A stretch of 33,779 bases of DNA from an uncultured Pseudomonadota bacterium (lineage in GTDB: Bacteria; Bdellovibrionota_B; Oligoflexia; Oligoflexales; Bog-1112): NCBI GenBank assembly GCA_937896265.1, contig CALBMD010000400.1, positions 1-33,779 on the forward strand, in the 5' to 3' direction. This document shows, one piece after another, positions 24,946-32,723 of this stretch; positions within the stretch are counted from its first letter, which is position 1; every line of letters begins with the position of its first letter. The notes under the pieces were generated by a model. It did no database searches, was not told where the DNA came from, and saw only the letters and a program-made list of their open reading frames with translations. The position numbers and the translations under genes were made by a program.

Positions 24946-25443
24946 TTAGATTGTGAAATAAGCTTTAACAGCAACATCACCCGCAGCATCAGCCGCGCCA
25001 ACAAGAGTTAAAGCTAGTTCATACATTTTTTTAGGATCAGCAGACAATCCCAACGCTTCCCACAACATTTTATCGCATTTGTTGTATGGAAACGCAGTAG
25101 CTCGGTGGGTAACATCAATACCGTGACCAGCGCCATCCTTTAAGCTATAAGCAGCCGCGAAAAAATCCGCATCCACTACAGCTCCACCATTTCCTGATGT
25201 GTCGTATAAACCAACATCAGCAGTGGTAGTCGTTCCAATGTCTGGGTGTGACACAATAATTTGTGAAACACGCGCATTAGAAGGGATCTGTCCGATACGA
25301 TATGTCGAAGTGGCAGAATCACCACTCGCAATTACCGCACAACCAACTAGAGCACGAAGTTGACCATCTAAAATATTGGAATTAACCAATTCTTTAGCAT
25401 CAATCGACGTGATCGCATTACTTTTATTTGCAACTACACCCAT
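24946..25443 (-). CDS. Candidate capsid decoration/cement protein
   Basis: 165 aa, beta-rich, immediately after the major capsid gene, with a strong AAGGAG SD and upstream of the terminator. The call is positional only. Confidence 0.5.
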   Translation of the reverse strand: MGVVANKSNAITSIDAKELVNSNILDGQLRALVGCAVIASGDSATSTYRIGQIPSNARVSQIIVSHPDIGTTTTADVGLYDTSGNGGAVVDADFFAAAYSLKDGAGHGIDVTHRATAFPYNKCDKMLWEALGLSADPKKMYELALTLVGAADAAGDVAVKAYFTI

Positions 25444-25470
25444 TTTATTTTCTCCTTATTCTTTACTTAA

Positions 25471-26355
25471 TTATTCCGCACAAAGTACGTCAATGATTTT
25501 TTTCTCTTCGATACGAGTAGCACCAGCGGTCATCATCACATAAACTTCCCACGGATTTCCGCGCAAGTTTTTGTTTTGGTGAACGTCGATTACCATATCT
25601 TCCCACATTCCAAGGTACATGCCTGATTTTGCCCAAACAGGTACTCGGCGATAGCTTGAACCGTTTACGTTCAAACGCTCAGAGTGAATGAAGTTGATTC
25701 CCAAGAAACGATTGATTTTTCCATCAACCAAAACAGGGCGTTCATTGTAGTCCATGCTGATTACTTGCGCTTCAGCCAAAAGATCATCTAATTGCTCGGC
25801 AGAAGCCGCGCAATAGATTGGATCAACGTCAAGATCGATTTCATAAGAGAGTAATTTCTTACGAGCGGCGCGAAGTTTAGCGACAGTCAAGCCAGTGTTT
25901 GAGCTTGAACCTTCGTTTACTGCGATAGTGTTTGCAGCAAGAATTGAAGTGCTTCCTGTTCCTGATTTACCTGTTTTTGCAGCGTCAGTGAAAGCATCAA
26001 TGATTAGATCATCGTACTTACGATTTGCAGCGGCAACGGCATTTTGAACGTATGAGCTTTGTGGGTCAGCTAGTAATTTCAATTTGTCGTGGTGGTCAAT
26101 GATTTGAGTTAGATCGAAAGAAGTTGGAGCAACCCAACGACGATCAACGGCAGCGTCAGTGCGCTGTTTATCTTGGAATCGACCAGTAACTTCAGACATT
26201 TCTACTGATCCAATTTGGTCTACAGGCGAAGCTTGTTCACCGTAGTGCATACCGCTCATCACGGTTCCCTTGAATTTTGAGTTTTTTTGCTGAAGAAGTA
26301 GCTCGATATTGCTTGAAAACTGCTTTACATATAAGTCATCTAGGTTCAAAGACAT
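25471..26355 (-). CDS. Major capsid protein
   Basis: 294 aa following the scaffold gene. It has the strongest SD context in the window (TTAAGGAGAAAAATC ATG). A long structured leader precedes it and a terminator follows the next gene. The N-terminal sequence pattern resembles podoviral capsid proteins I recall. Confidence 0.75.
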   Translation of the reverse strand: MSLNLDDLYVKQFSSNIELLLQQKNSKFKGTVMSGMHYGEQASPVDQIGSVEMSEVTGRFQDKQRTDAAVDRRWVAPTSFDLTQIIDHHDKLKLLADPQSSYVQNAVAAANRKYDDLIIDAFTDAAKTGKSGTGSTSILAANTIAVNEGSSSNTGLTVAKLRAARKKLLSYEIDLDVDPIYCAASAEQLDDLLAEAQVISMDYNERPVLVDGKINRFLGINFIHSERLNVNGSSYRRVPVWAKSGMYLGMWEDMVIDVHQNKNLRGNPWEVYVMMTAGATRIEEKKIIDVLCAE

Positions 26356-26416
26356 GATTTTTCTCCTTAAGAAAATAAGTTAATTAAAACAAATGTTCGA
26401 AAGGCTTGTCCTTGCG

Positions 26417-26483
26417 GGGCCGTTCTCCCGAACTCAAAAGCTTCGGGTGACTCTTGCAATCTCTTCTTGCGGTCATGCGGCCC
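26417..26483 (-). promoter_or_regulatory. Structured RNA element in the 237-nt leader of the capsid gene
   Basis: GGGCCG (26417-26422) pairs with CGGCCC (26478-26483). This encloses the hairpin CCCGAA (26427-26432) / TTCGGG (26442-26447). No U-tract follows. Confidence 0.3.
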
Positions 26484-26592
26484 AATCGTTTTTTAGGTTA
26501 TCGCAATTTTATATAAACCACCTTTTACCACTAGGTTTCTAACAGCAAAAGATGGTTCAACTTAATCAGTATTCTTTTAGTTTAAAAAATAA

Positions 26593-27441
26593 TCAAGCGC
26601 CGAATGCCATTTTATGCAAATTAGCAAATTCTTGTCGCGCATCGGCATCACCCGCCACATATTTGGCACCCCATGTTTTGTCAGCTTGAAGCATTTTAAT
26701 CTTTTCTTTTGCTGCGGCTGGAGTCATCACGCCATTAAATCCGTTTCCAGATTTACCCGTAATAAACTCACCCTCTCCAACTTTTGATCCGATCTCAGAA
26801 AACATTTTCATTAATTTTTGATGGCCCAACACGCTTTCAAGCTTATCGACGGTTTGTTCGTCGATTCCGAATGCAGAAACGGCTTGTTTTGCGGATTGAA
26901 CTTGTTGGTCGTAAGCTTGGCCCCATTCTTTTTTCAATGAAAGCACTTCCTGCTCCATTTTTTGATTGAATGCTTGAGTTTGTTTTTCGTTCATTGCAGC
27001 ACCGAACTCCTCCCACTTAGCAGAAATAGTCTCGGCTTGTTTAGTAGAAAGGTTAGCGCCATGAAATACTTCTTTAGCCCAGTTTGAAAATTCAGTGTCT
27101 TGACCTGTTTTTCCTCCAATTTTGTAATCTTCTTTTTTAGCGGGTTTACCTAGTCGTTCATAGATCGAACCCCATTCAGGGGCATCCGCTTTTTCGGGAA
27201 GGGTTAATAGTCGCTCTTGCGGTACTCCGCGAATCTTTTCAAAGTTACGGTAGGCTTCAACCACACTAGAAACGTCCTTAAAACCTTTTAGTTCAGCATA
27301 TCCACGAATATCATCAGGAAGTGAGGCGGTCCAAGAACTCTGATAAGAATCAGGAGTTTTGGGTGGGGCTTGAATAGGATTATTAACTGCGCCGTTTACA
27401 ATTTCTGGTGTTACGTTTGAATTACTTTGATCTTGACTCAT
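26593..27441 (-). CDS. Scaffolding protein
   Basis: Lies between portal and capsid and is charged and helical. I place the start at the ATG at 27441 (MSQDQ...), which forms an ATGA overlap with the upstream stop and has GGGGA upstream. The track start at 27471 lies inside the upstream gene. Confidence 0.6.
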   Translation of the reverse strand: MSQDQSNSNVTPEIVNGAVNNPIQAPPKTPDSYQSSWTASLPDDIRGYAELKGFKDVSSVVEAYRNFEKIRGVPQERLLTLPEKADAPEWGSIYERLGKPAKKEDYKIGGKTGQDTEFSNWAKEVFHGANLSTKQAETISAKWEEFGAAMNEKQTQAFNQKMEQEVLSLKKEWGQAYDQQVQSAKQAVSAFGIDEQTVDKLESVLGHQKLMKMFSEIGSKVGEGEFITGKSGNGFNGVMTPAAAKEKIKMLQADKTWGAKYVAGDADARQEFANLHKMAFGA

Positions 27442-27704
27442 AATTTCCCCTTGTTTTCGTAAACTTTCCACAACTCTTCTTGCGAAAGGTTTAAGTGTTT
27501 TGCAATTCTAAGCCACACTTCGCGCCTTCCCTCAAGCACTGCGTGCGCTCTTGGATCGGCAAGAAATGTACTTTCATGCGCTCTACAAAAACGAGCTAAG
27601 TCCGTTAGCACCGCTTCGGTAGAGACATTGTTTTTGTCGAATACGTTTAAATAATCGTACTGTCTTTTGAAGATAATATCTTTTGCTTTTTGCAATAAAT
27701 CCAT
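27438..27704 (-). CDS. Small conserved-looking protein between portal and scaffold
   Basis: ORF track. AGAGG SD. No function assigned. Confidence 0.65.
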   Translation of the reverse strand: MDLLQKAKDIIFKRQYDYLNVFDKNNVSTEAVLTDLARFCRAHESTFLADPRAHAVLEGRREVWLRIAKHLNLSQEELWKVYENKGKL

Positions 27705-27720
27705 TAAAAACCTCTAAAAT

Positions 27721-29331
27721 TTACTTTCCCTGTTTCATGATCGCAGCGGCAGAAGGGGCAGCTTGAATCATTTTCTGATCCTGTGCCTCTTGAGCGCGGC
27801 CTTCGCGGATTGCTTGAACTTCATCCATCGATCTTAGGAATCGTTCAGGTACGCCATGAATAGAACTAATCTCAGGGACGATAACATCCCAATTGAAATG
27901 ATCAAGCGGTTCAGGATTCTGAGTCACATTCACAATGGCAAGAGTGCTCTCGACAGTTCTCATGATACCAGAAGCCTCCTCCGCACGCTGGGCACGAGAC
28001 AAGGGTGAATCGTAAATGATGGTGAACTCCCCTTGTGCTTCCAAGAGTGCAGGAGGCATCGGAGGGAGTAGACCCATTTGTGAGAGAAGGTCTAGCTCCC
28101 TTTCGATCATCGGCCCCAAGTATTCGCTTTGTTGTCGGCCAACGGTCGGAGTTAATAACATTCCCTTTTCTTTAGAGCGTTCCATGACCTCGGTCGCAGT
28201 CATTTGAGGATTTTCAACCAATATCTGAAAAAGAGTAGAGAGTAAAGAGTCCTTGATAATTGCTCTTTCATCTTCCATCATATCTCGACCAATATCAACA
28301 CGACCCGTAGGCAACGCTTGAATGAGTAATCGGCCTTCTTCAGAAACACCGCCTGGATTAATCGCACCAGGAGCAAGAGAGAATCCATCGATCACTCCGT
28401 CATCGTGCGCGAGTAAAACAGGGTTAACGATTCTATGCCCTTGAGTAAGGATCGTTTTTTTCTGTTCATTCAAAGTCTTAATAGCTGGTAATACTTCCAT
28501 GATCGGGGAGCGACCATAAACTTCGCCTGGACCTTGAGTATACCGAGAAATAGCATAAGGAAAAGTTTGATACCCTTCCTCTAAAACCATTTTCTTGCCC
28601 GTTTCACTCACATAGTAGGAACCGTATTTCTTACCTTTGTAATCGTATCGAGAAGGATCGTAGTCGTGTCTAGGTTTTACACAGTGAACAAACCAGAACT
28701 CGTTTTCAGGGTGAGTCTTTACTTTTTCAATAATCTCTTTAGGAGTTTTATCTTTAAACTTTTGATAGGCTTGACGTGCGGTCATCATGAAGCGTCTTGA
28801 TGCTTTATCGATAATCCCCTGATGGTTTTCCGCGAAATAGATTTCACCTAATGGAATACATTTGTATCTAAGACCTGGCTCACTTGTTAGGCGGTCAATG
28901 AATTGTGCTCCAGTGCCGTATGCACCTAGAGAAGTAAAATTCTGGTTATTCTGAGAGATGAAGTTACCGCGAGGGGAATATCGATACCGAAAAAGGATTT
29001 CAGTGGCTTCTTCAAACCAAAGCCTAGTCTGACGATCCTTATTTAAATATCGGTTACTCGTGCTTAGTCGGTGCCACTTCTGATTTACGGGCGTAAGCAA
29101 TGAATCCATGATTGATGCAAAACGCGACAGTGCGACAGTCGCAGTAGAATCAAAAATAAGATCCGTATTCTTCTGACCCTTACTTCTTAACCCATTCGTA
29201 CTAAAAGTATTTACATGGCTAGGGATCACGCGCTCCGCAATCTCTTGCCAGTGTGACTCCTCATTTGAGCGTAAAGACGAAAGCTGCCCAAAGTCCTTTA
29301 AAATTTCCTCGGCAACATTATAATCTAACAA
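27721..29331 (-). CDS. Portal protein
   Basis: 536 aa, downstream of terL. The N-terminus ...RSNEESHWQEIAERVIP resembles podoviral head-to-tail connector proteins. TTG start with GGGGG 9 nt upstream. Confidence 0.75.
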   Translation of the reverse strand: MLDYNVAEEILKDFGQLSSLRSNEESHWQEIAERVIPSHVNTFSTNGLRSKGQKNTDLIFDSTATVALSRFASIMDSLLTPVNQKWHRLSTSNRYLNKDRQTRLWFEEATEILFRYRYSPRGNFISQNNQNFTSLGAYGTGAQFIDRLTSEPGLRYKCIPLGEIYFAENHQGIIDKASRRFMMTARQAYQKFKDKTPKEIIEKVKTHPENEFWFVHCVKPRHDYDPSRYDYKGKKYGSYYVSETGKKMVLEEGYQTFPYAISRYTQGPGEVYGRSPIMEVLPAIKTLNEQKKTILTQGHRIVNPVLLAHDDGVIDGFSLAPGAINPGGVSEEGRLLIQALPTGRVDIGRDMMEDERAIIKDSLLSTLFQILVENPQMTATEVMERSKEKGMLLTPTVGRQQSEYLGPMIERELDLLSQMGLLPPMPPALLEAQGEFTIIYDSPLSRAQRAEEASGIMRTVESTLAIVNVTQNPEPLDHFNWDVIVPEISSIHGVPERFLRSMDEVQAIREGRAQEAQDQKMIQAAPSAAAIMKQGK

Positions 29332-29335
29332 TTGT

Positions 29336-29566
29336 TTAGCCCCCTAAAAGAGTTTTTCTTGAAACACCAGCGTCACCAGAAGATTTAAATAACATGTTTG
29401 AAGATCGAGACTTGCGATAGTTGTTTTTAATGACATCGTTTGACGTAGCCACTTCAGCATTAGTCATGGCAATTTCTCGATCCTTTGCCTTGTTCGCTTC
29501 ATCGCGAGCAATGTCGCCTGGTCCTGGAGTGTATGTAGACTTAGATGATGAACCCAAAAAACTCAT
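29336..29566 (-). CDS. Small hypothetical protein between terL and portal
   Basis: ORF track. AAGGGGAG SD. Confidence 0.6.
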   Translation of the reverse strand: MSFLGSSSKSTYTPGPGDIARDEANKAKDREIAMTNAEVATSNDVIKNNYRKSRSSNMLFKSSGDAGVSRKTLLGG

Positions 29567-29602
29567 AAGTATTTATCTCCCCTTATTTAAAAATCTAAAC
29601 CA

Positions 29603-31150
29603 TCATTTAAAAATATTATAGTCTAATCCTTTTGCAATACGATTCTTTTGACGTTTTATTGACGCTGAACCATCTGAACGAGAAACCTTAATCGCGAACG
29701 TACACGCTAAAGCATCCCCCTTGTCGGGTGACGATAAACCCCTAAGCTTCATTTCTTCTTTAGTCTCCAAACGAATCTTCTCACTCGATCCCTGATACTT
29801 AAACGTGGGAGCTATCAAATCGTCATATAACTCCTGATCCTCCGGCAAACACCCACCACTTAACCAATTACGCATTTGCGCCCATAACCAAGTCCGATAA
29901 TTCGCCCACTCATCTTCGGGAGACTTATGACCAAACCACACCTCATGAACCTTGTAGCCCATCTCTCTAAGTCTATCGATCACTCCCGTTCCATTCCCAC
30001 TATCAATACAAATCGCGTCCGGCTTATATAAATCAATTACTCTAGCCAACTCATAAGCCAATTGCATATTGTCAACATTCCTAAGAACCACAGGAGGAAT
30101 ACTAACAGCATCCCTTCCACGCCTAAACCAAGCAACAGAACTGTCATCCCCAAACCGAGCCACATCAACACCCATAATAAGTCCTGCGTAATCATCCTTC
30201 TCAACCTTCCTCTCAATCGCGTAATCACATAACTCACGACTAATGAATTGCTTCTCTCCAGACCTCGGAAACTGACCCATGACCTCGACACGCGCCTGAT
30301 CCGAGTCCTCACCATTCTGGTCTATGATCACCTGCAAAGCCTTCTTATCGATCCCCTCGACCGTCCTCGAATCGATATGCAACCGATCCCAATAAGCCCT
30401 ATTCTTATGAAAGCATTCAAAAAACGCCCCACTGTTCCTTCGAGGGTTACTATAAACCAACCAGTACCTATGAAGTGTCGGCTCCGTAAAGAAACCCGCA
30501 CTCACATCAAAAATCTGAGTAGGTATCCCAGACGCCTCATCCATCTGCAAACATAACCCAAGCATATTGTGCGCACCAGCAAACGCATCGGGATTCTCCT
30601 CTGACCAAAGCTGCGCCTCGGCATAGTAATACTTCGTGTCCAACTTCATCTGATCGCGCAACTCTCGCTCCAACCAAGGCTGTACCTTCAAACTCATCGC
30701 ACTCTTTAAAAACCAATGACTGTTAATCGCCAAAGTATGCCACTTACCCAACTCCGCAAATGTCCTAGATGTCAACTGGGCTTCCGTATTCGCGGTAGTA
30801 ATACTCGTACTCCCTGGAACACAACTCATCATCCATAAATTAATCCATGACACCAAGGCAGACTTACCAATCCCACGACCAGAACTCACCCCTAACTTAA
30901 ATACCTCCGGCAACTTCCCGTGTGCTATAAGCACTCGATTCCGAGCAATGTGATCACGCATCCTCCGAAGAACATCAATCTGCCAACTCCTCGGCCCATT
31001 GAACATCTCCAACGGCGTACCCTCCTTACCCCAAGGGAATGCATAAAGTACATACTTGAGTGGATCATACTTAAAACCAAATACGTCAACCATCAGCCTC
31101 TGGTCATGCTCTACATCATAAGGACTCTCTCTCAATTCCAAACTCGCCAT
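29603..31150 (-). CDS. terL: Terminase large subunit
   Basis: Walker A-like GVSSGRGIGKS and Walker B-like LCLQMDEAS. Nuclease-type motifs GVDVARFGDDSS and ICIDSGNGTG. 515 aa, upstream of the portal gene. Confidence 0.85.
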   Translation of the reverse strand: MASLELRESPYDVEHDQRLMVDVFGFKYDPLKYVLYAFPWGKEGTPLEMFNGPRSWQIDVLRRMRDHIARNRVLIAHGKLPEVFKLGVSSGRGIGKSALVSWINLWMMSCVPGSTSITTANTEAQLTSRTFAELGKWHTLAINSHWFLKSAMSLKVQPWLERELRDQMKLDTKYYYAEAQLWSEENPDAFAGAHNMLGLCLQMDEASGIPTQIFDVSAGFFTEPTLHRYWLVYSNPRRNSGAFFECFHKNRAYWDRLHIDSRTVEGIDKKALQVIIDQNGEDSDQARVEVMGQFPRSGEKQFISRELCDYAIERKVEKDDYAGLIMGVDVARFGDDSSVAWFRRGRDAVSIPPVVLRNVDNMQLAYELARVIDLYKPDAICIDSGNGTGVIDRLREMGYKVHEVWFGHKSPEDEWANYRTWLWAQMRNWLSGGCLPEDQELYDDLIAPTFKYQGSSEKIRLETKEEMKLRGLSSPDKGDALACTFAIKVSRSDGSASIKRQKNRIAKGLDYNIFK

Positions 31151-31530
31151 ATCTCAACACTCTACCAACCATTCATTAACAATCAACCAAAAGACTTTTG
31201 AAACAATTTCTCAAAAAAATTACACAAAGGCTATTTATAGACAAAATTAGTCCAGATAAAATCCACAAAATCTAAACCGAAAGGAAATCTTGGATGGTTT
31301 AAAGGGCGGGGAAACATACATATGGGAGAGTTTGGAATGGAGAATCCGACCCCATCCCCCTATGCACCCCCCCTATCAAGTTGTGGTGCCTATTAGTCTT
31401 ATGTCTAAGACTGAATACAGGGAAAGAAAATGATGACGTTGTCATCTAGGGACAATGCTAGTCGCATTGGCTACATGGCGCGCCAGTTGAGCTAGGCGTG
31501 GGATGAGCGTCAATGTATTGAGGCGGCTAT

Positions 31531-31567
31531 TGAATGGGCTGAATGCAATTGGAATGCACTGGAATGC
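31531..31567. repeat. Four helically phased direct repeats T(G)GAATGC
   Basis: GAATG occurs at 31532, 31541, 31552 and 31562, a spacing of 9, 11 and 10 nt. A fifth TGGAATGG lies at 31333-31340. Confidence 0.6.
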
Positions 31568-31687
31568 TAGTATCTATGGCAGTAAATGGATGAAATTATA
31601 GCGCCTAGCCCTTTATATGAGAGCTGGCAAGATGGCTAGAGTCTGATAACGAGTATTATGTAAACTATGCAAATACTCAGGAAAGCG

Positions 31688-32191
31688 CTATCTCTCGGTT
31701 GTTTCGGTGTAAGTAACCGGAATAATGTCAGTATCTTGTTTAGAGTATGACGCTTCGATCGATTCAAGGCGCTTTTTTGCGTCATCTAAAGCCACTGAAA
31801 TATCAACCTTCTTATTCACATTGACTTCTAAACGCTCTGAATAGTTTTTCGGGTTATACTTAGAGGCAACCCACTTTCTAGCTTGGATCATGTTATAGGC
31901 TCGGCCTACCTCTAATGTGTCATCATCAGCAATGGTCAGTAACTCATCAGCCATTAGATCGGCTTTAATCAAGCGTGAGAGATCATACTCGGCCTTTAAA
32001 TGGGGATTGATGGCTAATTCTTTGAAGAACTCAGTAGCCTTTACGCCGTGAACCTTGAGCGAATAAGCTAAACCATGACCATTAGAGAGATCCGCGACGA
32101 TGTTCAAAAAAGTAACCTTCTTAAGTTCATCTTCATTTAAATGCATATTGGATTGATTATCTTGATCATTTTGCTTAGATTCATTGCTCAT
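31688..32191 (-). CDS. terS: Terminase small subunit (candidate)
   Basis: 167 aa. It has a helix-rich N-domain, then IQARKWVASKYNPKNYSERLE, the ARKW...P..Y pattern I associate with small terminase/gp3-like proteins. It is the first gene of the late arm. Confidence 0.55.
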   Translation of the reverse strand: MSNESKQNDQDNQSNMHLNEDELKKVTFLNIVADLSNGHGLAYSLKVHGVKATEFFKELAINPHLKAEYDLSRLIKADLMADELLTIADDDTLEVGRAYNMIQARKWVASKYNPKNYSERLEVNVNKKVDISVALDDAKKRLESIEASYSKQDTDIIPVTYTETTER

Positions 32192-32197
32192 AGTCCT

Positions 32198-32225
32198 ATT
32201 GTAGATAAATTGATTTAATTGTCAT
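32198..32225 (-). promoter_or_regulatory. Candidate sigma70-type promoter ATGACA-N16-TACAAT, 6 nt upstream of the terS ATG
   Basis: Read on the minus strand: -35 at 32225-32220 and -10 at 32203-32198. AGGACT follows, then the ATG at 32191. Confidence 0.4.
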
Positions 32226-32374
32226 CATGCAGTGAATTATTTTTATGCATGGGTTAGTTTTTTGAAGTTATCCATACATGGGAGCGGATAGCATTTACAA
32301 TTGAAATCATTGAGGATTATTTTAGTGCATAAATATGCTTTGATGAAAAAAAGATGATTAATTGAAAATAAGTG

Positions 32375-32403
32375 TTGCAATTGTGTTTCAATGGATGTAA
32401 ACT
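32375..32403 (+). promoter_or_regulatory. Candidate rightward sigma70-type promoter TTGCAA-N17-TAAACT
   Basis: -35 at 32375-32380 and -10 at 32398-32403, ~110 nt upstream of the 32513 start. Confidence 0.35.
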
Positions 32404-32512
32404 GAATAAGTAAGGCAGCAAAAACTCAAACAACACGAGGATCCGGAAGCTTTAAAGACTAAGACGGCATTAGTCACCTTGCGGCTAACACTAACTAAAA
32501 AGGAAGCGACCA

Positions 32513-32698
32513 ATGAATACACTACTAATCAAAGTATCAATACTGCTAAGCATGATCAACCAAGGCCAAACGGTTACGCGTGATCAGGTTGATGAATATT
32601 TGCAGGACACCGAGATCACTTTCGAGTCATGCGATCAAGGTGATGACGCCGATCTAAGCTATCAGGAATGCGTTAAACAAGCTTTAAGCGATAACTAA
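32513..32698 (+). CDS. Small acidic protein (61 aa)
   Basis: ORF track. AGGAAG SD. I count 12 D/E against 3 K/R. It is the first gene after the rightward promoter. Confidence 0.65.
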   Translation: MNTLLIKVSILLSMINQGQTVTRDQVDEYLQDTEITFESCDQGDDADLSYQECVKQALSDN

Positions 32699-32723
32699 AC
32701 AATATAAACAAAGGAATAGACCA

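Noticed and set aside
26593-27471. Track start at 27471 for the scaffold gene, and at 20849 for the repeat protein
   Set aside because: The downstream ATGs (27441 and 20840) give the ATGA/TGATG stop-start junctions used throughout this arm and have SDs. The longer versions would overlap the upstream genes by 34 and 10 nt.
30037-31201. Cluster of three ORFs of ~92-102 aa in alternative frames over terL (30037..30315, 30248..30556, 30920..31201)
   Set aside because: They are explained by the strong base-composition skew of the terL island, which depletes stop codons in other frames. Their products are Arg/Leu/Pro-rich nonsense.
31151-31687. tRNA or other canonical RNA gene in the terS-terL spacer
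   Set aside because: I found no cloverleaf arrangement and no GTTCGAATC-type T-loop. Only short AT-rich hairpins are present. A novel small RNA remains possible but is unsupported.
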